Of a stretch of DNA of 64,000 nucleotides, positions 1-32,200 are shown piece after piece; the first letter of the stretch is position 1, and the number at the start of each line of letters is the position of its first letter. Origin of the DNA: Yuukianura sp. NJ FZ-2021 (Eukaryota); the NCBI GenBank assembly GCA_046563655.1, contig CM102290.1:6014001-6078000 (forward strand), read 5' to 3'. Below the pieces are notes generated by a model. The model was given only the letters and a program-made list of their open reading frames with translations, searched no databases and had not been told where the DNA came from. Position numbers and translations under genes: made by a program.

Positions 1-1509
1 TTTTTAAATGTAAAACCGTATTAATATTACTGTTGATGTTAAAGAAGTTTAGCAAGCAAAAGCGGTGCATGCAGCGGTCACAAAAACTGGCTTAAAGCAC
101 ATGTATTAACTTCCTGTTACAGGTTCTAACGATTGTTATACGACAAGCGTGAATGTATATCGTTAATCGCGAAGTTTTGATTGGGCGCATAACAGCCGCC
201 ATTTTGCTTTCGAGCGGTGCTTAAAGTAATTAGCGGTACTTTAGCAATCCGGAAGAAAAAAAAATTTCAAAAATTAAGAAAAAAATTTTTTTTATCAAAA
301 ATTAATTATTTTTTAAATTTTATTAATTTTATTTAATTTATATTTAATCTGTTTTTCATCGATAACCTGTTAATGCAACACACTGTAAATTCGAGAAATT
401 GAGTATAGCCTCCAAAGGGTGGATATACAGAGTCGTACACGATAGTTTCGGACGATGATCATAATCTTAAATTCACTCATGTTTTTCTTAGTTAGGTAAC
501 CACTGTAGAACGTTAAGTAGCAAAAGTTAAGTACCTTGTTTATCCGCGTATAACTCGCGCGTTATCTATTGTTTTTCGGTCCCGGGATGAAACTGAAAAT
601 ACTAAAAATTTATTTCTAATCTTGGATTAGGATCTGGAAAACACTTTGTCGTATAGTATGAAAGCGAGAACTGGATCTTTTTATTCACTAATAAACCGGC
701 TGTAAATCGAAAATAATAATAATACCGTCCAGTCATTTACCAACAAGAAAAATCGGGTCTGACTATTCCCTGACCGTAAACAATTTTTTCCCTCCAATTC
801 TGTTTACGCCTTCTCCAGTTTTTTGTTTTAGAAAAAAACATTTTGTTTGTTGAACGTTGGGGGTGTGTATTGTGTACAGGTATAGGCTTCCTGCGACGAA
901 GTCGCGGTGTTATATTCTTTTTAAAGTTGGCAGTACTCATTACGTCCTCTTTTGTAGGGTTTCTCCCATCCTTAGTATTTGGTAAGATTTGCTCACTTCA
1001 GATTATAGTTATGTTTATGACGTTTACTCAACACGCATTTCTGAAAAAATTCTTTCAGAATCGTGTTCAGAATACTCTTAATTAGTCTAGAAACTGATTT
1101 ACGTGCAAACTTCGGGAATTTGTTTCTAAAAGGAAGTTTTTTTTTAAATCGGGCTTTTGATTTTTGGTAATTTTTTGTTAGTTATTCCTTCTGGATGGTC
1201 CATGCGGTAGTGTTTGCGGTGGCAAGGGGTGAATACGTAGCGATATCGTGATTTGAGTGAGTGGGAGCAAATATTACAACTTCTTAATTCATTAAGTTTA
1301 GGACGAGTTAGCGGTTGAATGGAATAGACTCCTCAATGTCCCATCGTGTCGTCGTATCTGTGGAATAGTGCCACTTCATTGTAAGAATCTCAATACCAGC
1401 CATCGGCACTTCTTCTAAAGATCTTTACGCTGCCGATCTTTTCATATAAGGCAACAATTCAATCTTAATCGTTCAATTTACAAAACTCCCAGTACTAACC
1501 GTTAATTAC

Positions 1510-2415
1510 TATACATGACAGAAATATTTACTAAAAACCAGTGGAATATTTATTTAATATTTACATTCAAAATGCCAAAATATTAATGCAAATATTTACG
1601 AAAAAAATGAATATTTAGATAATTATTGCGGGAATCGATGAGAGTTTTGTTTGAAATTGCTGATTCCAATTTCTTGAGTACTTTAGATCCATTTCCATTG
1701 TTGGTGGATATTCACTTTTTTAGCATTTCGTCCAGCATATATCCACTGGATAAATCCGGATGAAATGGTTCCAGGTAATTTGGTCGGAATTGGATTGGTC
1801 GAAAACGCAGAGGTCGGCAACCCTAACCTACCCCTTGCATTAGAAGGATTAACCAAACCTAACCTAAATCCCATATATACCTGCCGACCTCTGCCATTCC
1901 GACCAATTCACTTCCGACCAAATTACCTGCTACGGGATGAAATCCATTTTCCGATGAAAATTGAGTCTTGTCCGGAAGAAATCAAAAAAATCCGGATATA
2001 TCCACCACTTTCGAGGGGAGTGGAAGAAATTATTTATCCATCCACCAACACTGTCCGTTTCTTTAAATGTCAAGATTCTCAAATCACGACCTTGCAAAGT
2101 CAAAAAACTGCTAACCAATGAATTTAACAACTGAGTTGTGTGAAAACAATATCATCCTTTTCGAAAACGAAACAATGATACATCAAATTCAGAATTCGGA
2201 AAAACTTTGTTCATTTTTGCGTGAATTTCTTCAATTCTTTCAAAAAAGTGTTAGGAATTTCATTAGTTTTTAACACTTTTTCACAAAAAATCTCAAAATA
2301 TTTACTTAAATATTTAGTTTATTTGTAAATATTTTGTATTTTTGTTTTCTTCATAATATTTTTTTTATAAATATAAAAATATTTTTTATTTAAGAAAATA
2401 TTTCTGTCATGTATA
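1510..2415. mobile_element. Non-autonomous TIR element (hAT-like MITE) containing nested repeats
   Basis: TIRs TATACATGACAGAAATATTT / AAATATTTCTGTCATGTATA; 8-bp TSD TTAATTAC at 1502-1509 and 2416-2423; no transposase ORF. Confidence 0.7.
1767..1934. mobile_element. Foldback MITE (Mutator-like) nested in the previous element
   Basis: Imperfect long TIRs (CAGGTAATTTGGTCGGAA / TTCCGACCAAATTACCTG), central AACCT motifs, 9-bp TSD GGATGAAAT at 1758-1766 and 1935-1943. Confidence 0.65.
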
Positions 2416-2980
2416 TTAATTACTAATTTTCGCAATAGCTCAATTTTTACCGGTACTCCAAACTGAAATTTTGTCGGTTATTGTAGAAAACATCGGAAAA
2501 ATATTGTATTTTAGCAATTGTTGTGAGACGTTTCAGATATGACTGGAAAAAACTATTCTATAATCTAGCGTCAGCTTGTGAGTAGCTAGGAATTTTTTTT
2601 TTGGAAATTCCAAAATTCTACCAGCAGCTATTACTATTATCTCGATAATTTCAACTACAATCTCAAATAATTTAAGGAAAATAGGTCAATTTCCAATCCG
2701 GGGATTGAAAAGCGCCGAAGTATGCTCAAGATTCTATTTCTTCTCAAATAGGTTCAAAAGAAATGGTAATTTTAATTGTTCGGGCGTGGCGTGGCGAAAC
2801 CTGTCAGTAGCCTGGAAGTAACAGTATTATTTAGCCCGGATGGTCCGGACTCCGGACACTGTTTCTCGTGATGTTGAAAAGAAGCCTATGTTGACTCAAA
2901 ATTGTTGAGGCTAAGGACCTCCTTATCTTTCCTGCCTGCGTATTCAGTCATCAAACCATCGAATCCTCGGGATTCGGGAA

Positions 2981-4326
2981 ATGTTGTCCGTGAGCTTCGA
3001 TCCTGAGGTAAGCAAATACTTCCGTTTGCGAAAGTGCACTACTTGATTTACTTGCACTGATTTATTTGCAAACTCATTAGGTCTCAAGTTTTTTATGGGG
3101 ATTACTTGGAAAGTCAGAAGCAAATGTCACTGACAGTCTACCAGATACGGGTCATCTAAAACCGTCGCTCCAATTTATTCCGCTTCTTGGAAATACATCT
3201 TCTCAATTTCTTCAATTCTTGGTACTTCCAGCCTCATTGGACAATAATATCGGTTCCCGTATCCAGTATTCTGGTATGGAATGTCGGAATTCGTTCTTCA
3301 ATGCTTGCATCTCGGAAGTTGTCAATATGATTTGCTGTTATAGTAATCTCATTCTGAAATGCTCTCCTTGCCGTATGTATTACAGCTAAAACTGCAGGAG
3401 TGCTGGCTGCTGCTGCAGTTTCCTCTTACTGTGCCTATTCAGTACTCACCAAGGTCAGAACCAAATTAATTAAAAAGGACATCGTGGAATGCGACCGACA
3501 TTTTACTGCGACAATTCTACGTGCAGAATCCCCGTGCCCTAGTATTCCTTCTGACAGTTCACAAATAGTAGTACGGCCAAACTGGCTTCCATTGTCTCAA
3601 AATGTTTCAACAGCATTATCAAGTGGAAACTATTTACGTTTGGCTAAAAGACTGTTTAGCCATAATGAGAGTGTGATTCGAATCATTTCTGTGGAAGAAG
3701 GTCAAGTTGATGACGAAGAATACAATTTTGACGATTTACAGGTAACCTTGACCTCACAGTTAAGTAAGATACTAGAAAATTGTCTTCTTGTTCGCATCAT
3801 ATCCGAAGAATCAAAAGACTTATTGTTAGTTATAGAATAATAGTATATTTCTTTTAAACAGGCACATTATTTTGGTCCCCCACCTGGAGAGCTAAGCGAC
3901 GACGATGCAGCAGATGCACATGAAGATAACTACGTGTGGCTCCCCCCGTTGGTGGCTCCAGTTTCTCCTGCAGATTCAGCCTATACTTCAGAATACGTAT
4001 GTAGCTAGCGTTGTTGCTCCCCGGTTTTCGAAATTTTCATCTGCATTCTGAATTTGAGAGCGTGAAACTGAAACAAATCCAAATCCAGATCCAAAAACTC
4101 AAATCGAAAACAAAAAGCAAAATCGTGACGCTTGGCTCACAATGGCCAGTAGCTGTTGCGTCAGTAACGGAAATGCTGTAGATAAGTAGAGAATCGTAAC
4201 GTTATCAAACCTTACTGCCTTTTCGTTTTTGAGTTTTCGGATTTGAAGCTATTGGTCCAGCGAGTTGTTATTTAATTCCTCTCTTCTTGTAAACCTTTCC
4301 AGGAAAGCATTGCTCGCCCCGGCTAA
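2981..4326 (+). CDS. Predicted 5-exon gene of unknown function (~244 aa, acidic and proline-rich C-terminus)
   Basis: Exons 2981-3007, 3081-3273, 3386-3741, 3862-3996 and 4303-4326 all have GT-AG boundaries with compatible phases (0,1,0,0) and join into a stop-free 735-nt ORF (MLSVSFDPE...ESIARPG*). No recognisable domain. Confidence 0.55.
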
Positions 4327-4704
4327 GACAAGAAATATGGATTGTTAGCGAATCACACGTGAACGAGTATTCGTACTGCTTACACTGTGCTACGAATGGT
4401 CGCTACTGAAGAAGCTTCTACTGATTCCCGCCAATTAGGTCTTACAAAACTGCAGTCGGTTTTCTGTGTCACTTTGATGGATTCTCAGAGCTTCTAGTCG
4501 GTAATTAATTACGCTTACCACCTCACAAAGTCTAGTCGCTCTCAACGTCTACAATAAATTGCAGTTACTACACGTTTCGTATTAGGAAAACATCCCTGGC
4601 TCACTTACTCAGTATCTAGGACAACCTAAGCCTTGTTATGATTAAAACTTTCTTTCTGACTGTGAACGTAAAGGTCATGTCAAAAGAATAAAGAAGCCTC
4701 AATT

Positions 4705-5217
4705 ATTGGTTTATCTCTTCTTTTTTCATTTATTTATTTCATTTATTTCATATTTTTCATTCATTTATTTCTTCTTTTTTCAGTGAAAAGAATGACAGGC
4801 GTGGAATTTATTGTGCTGAAGTCGAACTTGACCTGTCATTAAGGAACTGCAGTAAAATGTGCTATTATTGATAGGATATTTTCAGGATTTGCTGGTTGCA
4901 GCCCTATTTTAGCAATCCTAAGTTGACGCTACTTTATTAAATAAAATAAAAGTAGGTGTACTTCTTGTTCTGGCTTCTTCAATTGGTTTATCTCTTCTTT
5001 TTTCATTTATTTCTTCTATTATTTCATTTATTTCATATTTTTCATTCATTTATTTCTTCTATTTTCAGTGAAAAGAATGACAGGCGTGGAATTTATTGTG
5101 CTGAAGTCGAACTTGACCTGTCATTAAGGAACTGCAGTAAAATGTGCTATTATTGATAGGATATTTTCAGGATTTGCTGGTTGCAGCCCTATTTTAGCAA
5201 TCCTAAGTTGACGCTAC
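4705..5217 (+). repeat. Near-identical ~230-bp direct duplication
   Basis: 4705-4932 and 4982-5217 share ATTGGTTTATCTCTTC...AGTTGACGCTAC almost identically. Confidence 0.85.
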
Positions 5218-6647
5218 CGCGCGAACTCTCCAAAGGCGAGCAACCCTAAGACGCGAATTCTTCAAACAGTTAACTCAAATCTTAAGCGTTTAAAATCAAT
5301 GAACTGCTATTTATTTTGAAAATTTACTGTAAGTCTGTAACTTACACAATACGCACATCAGCAGTGACTTTTCTCCCTTAATACTAACAATGTTTGATCT
5401 CCATAGATGAAATCATCGGTGAACTTCAAGGAAAATAGACAGACGCTTGTCCTTAGCAAAAATCTGATTGGTTTAATTGCTTGTAAATTATTTATTAATA
5501 GCTTTACTTAATTTATCAATAACCTAGTTTTTTTTTCACTTCTGACGGCGTGCTTTCCCTTTCTCTGGGACATTTCCGATCGATGTTAAGGAGGGTGTTA
5601 AGTTGGTACGTTGTTTTTAAAAACACGAAAGAACTGAACGCTTAACGGCCTCGACTTCTGATTGGCTGATGAGAGAGATGTTTCTTCTGCTATGATGTTG
5701 ATATCTTAGTTTTGCGCGGTGTTGTCACAAAAGTTCAATTTTGTCTTACGTAAACATATTCGGTTCGAACAATATGCTACAAGTCCATGGAACTAATATA
5801 TTATAAACTCATGAAATTGAACAATTGGTCGAGTTGGTGTGAAATTTTTAGCAAGTAGTACGAAATAAAAGGTTACATTACATATACTAAAAAGAACGAT
5901 TGTTTTCAGGCCTAGTATTAACTAATCAAATTTTAAACAGAATGAGCAGTTAAATGAAAAGCAGTTGAAAATGGTGTTAGCAATTGTGGATGTCATATGT
6001 CAACTATTGAGCGTACCAAAAAAATCACAAACACAAAATGGCTTTTAATAGCCCAAATTAAAACCATGAATTTGCCTGTGAATAACTTAACAACTTATTC
6101 AGAGTCTTAGAAAAATCGTTCCCGAGGATGCTTTTTAACATTTTCTCAACTCAACAACTTAACATCGACGGGAATTGGCCCTCTAGTAATTTAATCACTA
6201 TTCTTAAGATTAAAGTCCATGTTCTGCTTGGGTTTAGTTGTACGGCGGTGAGAAAATTCTGCGAAGACAAAACAATAATAATATAAAGAAGGAAGACTTA
6301 AAAAATACATATTTCATTAAATGTTTTTTCCAGTTCATAAATAATTATTAGATTTTTTACACAGTGGTTTTCATTTCAGAAGCATGAAAAAAGACAATTG
6401 ATTTAGCATTATTGAAGTGCTATATTAGTAACTTTAATACGTATTACACTAAAGTTACTAAGGTTATTGTAATAAAAGTATGTGTAGAGAACTAAAGCAC
6501 TTTTAGACAGTTGTTGACCTTGACTTTTTTTTTAAAACCATTTTAGTTATTCCCATTTTAACAGGGCCGTAAAACCCTATACAAGGTTAGGGTACCTTGG
6601 TATTAGGTTACCAAAATTTTGAAAAAAGAGAAACACTTCGATTCATC

Positions 6648-25000
<18,353 letters not shown>

Positions 25001-28000
25001 GTGGCATGGGAGGTCCTTCTTGTCCAAGAAGAAAACTCTTATCGGCTCTCCACTGTTCTGCTTCTGATGGGTCACTACAGGTTTCGTGCTCGTCACCGAC
25101 GACACCTCCGTTTCAACTTCCTTCCACTTGTCACCAATGATGAATCAGCCTTGCAGCGTTGAGCTTCTCTGCCCAGCTTCCTCCTTGTCTGTCACTTCAC
25201 TGATTATGACACCAAGAGCCGTCTACCTGTAATAAAGTAAATAAAAAGTCAAACACGAAATCAAACATTTGTCGCTGGTGATCAGCGGAGAATAATAAAC
25301 AATCAAAACAAGATTTAAATGTTTCAACGCACCGGAGGAGTAAAACAAATGAATTGTCAAGAATAACCTCCAGTCGTCCAGTTGGAGTCGTTAACGACAG
25401 GGAGAAAACGTATTTAGTAACTTAACTTACTTGGCACGACCTTCAGTTCTAACAAAACAGAAATCATTAATCACCTGGAAGTTAAACCGCTGAACTATCG
25501 ATGCGAGATGAAGACACGGAAGGGTAGGGTTTGCAAACTAATTTTCTTCTGGATTTGATTGTGACTCATTTGCTACACTTCTGGCACTACCACCAAGTTG
25601 TTGTTAGACTAACTTTCTAAAAGTGGTAGACAGTCCAATCGTACAGAACTGTGTTCCATTCCCGGAGAAGTTACTGGAGGAATTGTTGACCCGACAGGAG
25701 GATATTGCGAGAGCAGTGCTGACTTGTGGTTATGATGGAAGTTGATTCGGTGTATGTGAGCCGGGAGAGGAGAGGCTGACAACCTCAAGAGGGATTCCGC
25801 ACTTACTGGCCAATTTTCCGTGTAAAACCGGGCACTTGGAATGTAGAATGCGTACTTGAAGTTGTTCAGAACGTAGTAGTTAAGTCCAAATGGCAAGACC
25901 CTTCAGTGACTATGTGTCCGGGACTACTTGATTGCTTTCTGTTGGTAGCTCCTGTCTCCACTCTTGTCCCGGCCGTCTTCTACTACTAGAAGTGGTCCTC
26001 TACTTCTACTGTTCCTGTGTTGGGTGTCTGTCCGTCCCAGTCAAATGTACAAGAAGAGGAAGGAAATGTAAAGTGTCTCAGAGTCGGCATCGGTAAATGA
26101 GGAAAAAGTTCCTAGAGGAACTTGGTGGGTTCTCCTCTGGTTCTGGATCGCCTATACTGTCTGTCACACTCAGGGAGGCAGCACTGCACCGTATGCCTCC
26201 ACACTAAAAAAAAGGCCTATACTCTGGTACAGACACTGAGGCACTGCCTCGGAGGGCGATGGTGCGGATTGTTGTGTGTGCTTCAAAAGTAAGTGAGGTA
26301 CCGAAGTGGTCCGTTGTGGCCCGTTCGTCGTAATTCGGATCTTACCTTCTTTGCTCTCACTCACCACTTGACACTCTCCACTCTTTAGGTTTGGTTTACG
26401 TGATGGTCATGATGGCCCAACCCAAAGCATAGACTCTCCACAGCCACCCTATAAATAGAGGAGGAATACACAGACACAGGCTACGCTGATAGTGTAACAG
26501 GATGCTCCTGCACGTAATATTCTGCACCGTCATGTTTACTGTTATAATATTAACGTTACGTTTTGGACCTGGGTATACGGGGCACGGTTGAGTTCGTTTA
26601 CAAGTGCCCATTTCTAAAAAACTGGTCCATTTAGCGCAGGCGCAACATAAAACTCAATCGAGAACGCTCTGGAATCTGCTCAGACTCCTTTCAACATCAA
26701 AATCCACTTTCGAATCACCCGCCACTCCTATAACCCAGACAAGGAGCAGCACTCTCCCAAAACAAACATTACCCACCACTCATTCTTCGCAAAAACACCA
26801 AAGGTTATCAGGCATTTCTAATTTATTAGGCCCAAACATTCATTCCATTCAATTAATGTTAATGTTTATCTTTAATCATGCGCAACACCTTCATCCCCCA
26901 ACATTAACCAATAGGCAGGGTAAGCATTTTGCAATCTGAAATCTAGAGAGCGATTTTGTGATGTAGAGCGAGCGGGAGTTCAAATCTACATTGCAATTCT
27001 CTTTTTCCTAAAACTCGTCTCGGTTTTTGAATCTGAATCTAGAGTTCGGAGTTTTGCAAAAGAGAAGTGAGAAACTCTCGCGCGGCAAACCTCTAGATTC
27101 AAATTTACTCCTACATTTAAGAAAATTTTGCTTACCCTCACTCCTCTACATTACAATTTCTGGTTTTCAATGTACCTAGATTTCAGATTGAAAAACCTGC
27201 TTACCCTTACTAATAGCCCATAAACATCCTCTGATGAAATCAGTACTGATTTAGAAGGAATTTTTGAAAATCACTCAACATTAACGTTACCTTTAAACGG
27301 GATTTTAATTTTCTCGGGTTTGCGTTTCACCTTCTAATGTCTACTCATCATCTTAGCAGATTTTTTAAATGGTCGACTTGCCAGTCCCATACCTGACTAT
27401 TATTTTATGTGACTACATACTATTCTTATACTTTTATCAGTATTTATCATTATTTTTTTTATGTTAATAGTGAGCGGTAAAACATAGTGTGTCAAAAAAT
27501 ATCATTCATCAAACGTTTAGTTTAAAAAATGGCGCGCATTTAAAGCGGGCAAACTCGAATGGAATTCTTTCGTTTAGGTGCCGAATCGTATTTCGTGATT
27601 CTAAACATTCGTAAAGCATGAACTGATTATTGACAACGCTTCGTGTTCATTACTTATTTTTACCTACACCAATACAATTTACCCATATTTCCTAACTTAA
27701 AAGTTACAGACCTTTTTGAACTTTGGCGGGCAAGGTTTTTGATGAAGGGCAAGATGCGGAGCTTGTAAACTTACATATCTATTCTATTACAGTTGCACCC
27801 TATGGTTTACTTCATATGGATGAAAAACTGAACAACCGAAAAGGCCTGGTTAAACCTCGATTGGATTAATTGAGTTAATTGATGACTCTCATTTTGAATG
27901 TTGAGAACTGGCTCAAAAGGAAATGGCATGTCAGCAACAACGATTTGTAGAAGGCAGAACTGAAATACGCTTGTCCAGAAAGTTCCTCATAAAGTGTTCC

Positions 28001-28818
28001 TTCTTTCTTGTGCTTAATGGTCACGCTCCAGTCAAACCGCAAACATAACGGGTGAGACCACTGTAGCCACATATGTCCAGCAGACGACCGTTTGAATTTA
28101 GCGCCCTGCTTGCATGAATCCATTCGTTCCAATTATCATTCCAAGCTTCCGGATTTGTACTGCTGATGGCGTCACCTTAAAAAGGCGCTAATAAATAATG
28201 GTAAAACAAACGTAAGCGAGTGGTATTTCTGGGCAAATTTCTGGACAATCTCTTCGTCCCCTCTCCCCGCACAAGCACTAGGCCTTAAGCTGTGGAATAC
28301 GCAGCGTCAGCAGACACCTTAATGAAGGCAGACATAAGCGGTGGCAATAGTTATGGAAGGGGGTCAGCATGTGACCTGACCGCTAGTCTGACCACAAAAC
28401 GCCGAAACGGCTAATTATTCCTTGTCGAGAGCATTGGCAGCGCCATCAGTTGGCTGCCCATTGTTCTAATACACCAACGGCGGTAAATTTCGAAAAGAAC
28501 TTTGAAATCACTGTTTTGTTGTTCATCTTGGGAGCACACCTGTGCACGAGCCAAAATAACGATCCATGCTGAATCGCCGAACCGAGCTGGTTTTGCGCCG
28601 CTCTATAGAAGAGCGCTGCTCTTATAAAAGTCTGCCGCTCCGCTCCCAGAATGAAGAGCGGAGCGAAGACCTCAATGTCATTGTGGCGTTACATCGCTCG
28701 CAAAAGAGTGGCGCTCTCTCAATTAGCACCTATGGTGTTTTGATATTCTGTAGTTAGTTCACTTCGTAAACTTTATTTACTGCATACATATGTAATTTAT
28801 TTGTAAGTAAGGATAGGG

Positions 28819-29035
28819 GGGTCTCCCTAAAAGGCGGATCGCGGATTAGGCGGATTCAGCGGATTACCGCGCACTATATAGGCTAGGTTAGGTTAGGTTA
28901 CCTAACCTAATCTATATTTTTCGACGAGCATGGTTATTTTCCTCGTATAGTGCGCGGTAATCCGCCTTTTCCTTGTATAGTGCGCGGTAATCCGCTGAAT
29001 CCGCCTAATCCGCGATCCGCCTTTTAGGGAGACCC
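28819..29035. mobile_element. Mutator-like palindromic MITE just upstream of the MyD88 start codon
   Basis: ~60-bp perfect TIRs GGGTCTCCCTAAAAGGCGGATCGCGGATTAGG...; 9-bp TSD AGGATAGGG at 28810-28818 and 29036-29044. Confidence 0.85.
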
Positions 29036-29257
29036 AGGATAGGGTTGTTTTCTGTTTACTGTTGTTTTTCTGTTCTGTTTCAGTTTTGGACTAATTATTG
29101 TTACCTGCACTTAAGAACATGAAATCAATCATCTTGTCTATGTGTGAATTACCCAATTACCAGTAGGAAGAAAGTAGAAGTAGTAAGAGGAAACTTTTCC
29201 TGTTCAACCATCACAGGAATAAACGGATCAGAGTTCAGTCCAAATCTTACAAGCACA

Positions 29258-32200
29258 ATGGGTAAAGAAGACGAACATTAAAAATTTTGGCATGTATTTT
29301 AAGCGGTTTGTCTATTATTTGCTTTTTTTTTTAACTCCTAGATACAGCAATATGTTTATTCGGGGACTTGGAACTATTCGAAACACAAACACTGCAAGGA
29401 GATGCTGCTCAAGACGACACCAGGGACGGACCACTAACGATACTTCGCGCAACCACTATTAGCCTCTTATCAACAATGCTGAATCCTATAAAAGTTATTC
29501 CTACTGAATCAGGCCTACCAAGGTTACCTTTTACAGTTACTTTCGTGTGTCAATTTCAGTTACGATTATCAATATCACTATCAATCGACGCGAATACGCA
29601 GAATGCGACAGTACTTGCTTACTCTGGCTGATGTTCCACAATTACTGTAAATGTTTGAATAGGGATTGGAGAGGACTTGCTGAACTGGGGGGACTTACGG
29701 CAGAAAACATTACTTATTTGGATAGTAAATCAAACTCAACCCACGACCTTCTCAAATTACTACCAAGCGTTCCGAATTCAAGATTAAAAACTGTCAAAGA
29801 TCTCAAAGCGTTCTTGTGCATCATTGACCGCTACGATGTAGTCGATGAAGCCGAATCCGTTATGGGTAACATCTCCTTAAACTCCAAATAAACTAGCAGT
29901 TTAGGATGAATACATTAAGCAACTTTAATTTTATTACCTTTAATTATGATGTGGTAGTGGTGGTAGTTCTAATTGCTTATACTTGAACTTTTCAGAAACG
30001 GATATTCAGTTCTATCGTTCTCGACTCAGTCATCTTAAAATAAGCAAATCTCCCTCAGAGGTACACGTGAATACTAGCGATCAGGATCTTCTCACATACG
30101 GTTAGACATTTAAATGCAAGCTGCTTACTATCAGTATCAATATTCTATTTGCAATACTGTCTATTGACATAAGATCATTAATTAGATAATTATTAGATAC
30201 CTAACCGCTAAACGTAGAACGATTTTATTCTCGATAGGGGACATCGGCGGACAAACTGTCAGTTACGATGCATTTCTACTTAATGCGGACGAGGACAGCG
30301 AATTCGCCAACGAGGTGGTTCGGAGATTAGAAACGGATTATAATTTAAAGGTGACTTGAACACATTCCGGGCCCTGATAAACCACCCTGATTTGAAATTT
30401 TAATTAGCTGTCTAAAAGTTTCTACTGTATAGTAAGCGCCTGAACGGCCGCATCCACATCTTGAGCGTACGTTTTTTTTTTGTATTCGATCTATCTGCGG
30501 TAATTTCGAAAACTTTTAAAGTTCAAATTTAAACGTAAGTATTACAAGCGTGTGCTAATGCAACCTAAGCTAAAAGAATTGCACAGGATCAGAACATACG
30601 CTTTAGCAAGTACTTTCCTAAAGCAGGCCCTTTTCGATTACAGGGTTTCGATTACAGATTACAAGGATTACGATTACAGATTACTAATTTGTAATCGTAA
30701 TCGAACTCCCCCGTGTAATTGTAATCGAGAGTTGCAATGGATTACAAAAATTTTGGCCTGATAATCGTAATGGTAATCGAACTTCGCCTAGAAAATTTTC
30801 GATTACACGATTACAAAATTTAAGCCCCGAATGCATCAATAAACATTTCTAAACACGTTAAATATAAAAAATTAGCATCAGAATTGACGAAACCAATTGT
30901 TATTTAAAATTAAACTTGAGTTTATATGTTTTTGCAGGTTAATGGTAACGTTTTAAGAGAACATTGTGTGTTCGACATCCTTTGTGTTCATTTTCGGGCA
31001 AGTGAAATGTAATCGAACTGAGAGTAATCGAAACTCTAAAGGATTACGATTACGATTACAGATTAAAACTTTCGATTTCGATTACAGGCCCGAGTAATCG
31101 TAATCGAACATGGTAATCGATTACAGAATTTTGAATGTAATCAAGTAATCTGTAATCGATTACTTTTTTTGTGTAATCGAAAAGGGCCTGTCTTAAAGTC
31201 AGTCAGGAATGTGCAAAGTCAGTCTATTGCAGCCCCACATCCCTCTGTATGGGGGGAGATTTGATATTTTACTCTACGATTTTCTCAACTCCAGGATTGT
31301 ATAAACACAACCTATTCGTAACGATTCCAGGTCATAAGCGCCTAACCACAAAGAGCCTCTCAATAAGAGCCTAAAACATAATCGGCTCCACCCAAAAAAG
31401 CGCCCCCATCCGAAACGGCCTAATCAAAAAGCGCCTCCAGGCAAAAAGCACCTCCAATCAAAAAGCGCCTCTAACTCCATCTTAAACCAGGTTTATTTAA
31501 AACTACTATAAACTATAAAACTACTAGAAAACTGCGTATACCACCAGATTGACAGACTAACGTCAGAATTAATGAAATCAGGTATACAATGGACTGACGC
31601 GTACAACAGTTGCAACTCAGCCGTACTCTGCCCATTGTTGTTTTTTGGCAGTGTTTTTTGCTTCGAGTTGCTCCACCCCTGCTTCTTTTTAGTTCTCCAA
31701 GCACAGAAAAAAAAACACATTGGTTTCCCCATGTCATGTACTTTGGCTTGTTGTGACCAAATACAATTCCTCTGTATGTAGTAGATAACTGAGAGGTAAA
31801 TAAACCAACCTAACCTAGAATTGACAAAATGCTAACCAAACTTGAGGAGAAACACTTGAGACGCACTAAATATTGCGAATTTTAAAAAATCTAACCTAAC
31901 CAAACCAAACCTAAAACCTCGAAACGTAATCAGTATTGCGAACTTTAACCAAACCTAACACCGAGCCTTCGGAACCTGTAGACGCCTAACTAAATGACAC
32001 CAAATGAAGCAGGTTTTAATTGGAACTGGAGGCGCTTTTTGGTTAGGCCCTTTTGGATTGGGGGCGCTTTTGGGGTAGAGGCGCTTTTTGGATGGAGGTG
32101 GTTATTTCTTAGGCTCTTATTGAGAGGCGCTTAAGCCTCTTTCAGACTGAATACGCCGCAACAACTGTCTACGGCAGTTGTGCCGGCGTAACAAACTGCC

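Noticed and set aside
25590..26940. GC-richer stretch with several short ORFs, possibly a decayed retroelement
   Set aside because: No recognisable motif, LTR or TSD could be established by eye; left unassigned.
28880..28912. TTAGG/AACCT runs (also near 1850, 31800-31960 and 50090-50165) as interstitial telomeres
   Set aside because: Only two to four units each, in several cases inside MITE-like repeats, so better explained as internal transposon motifs.
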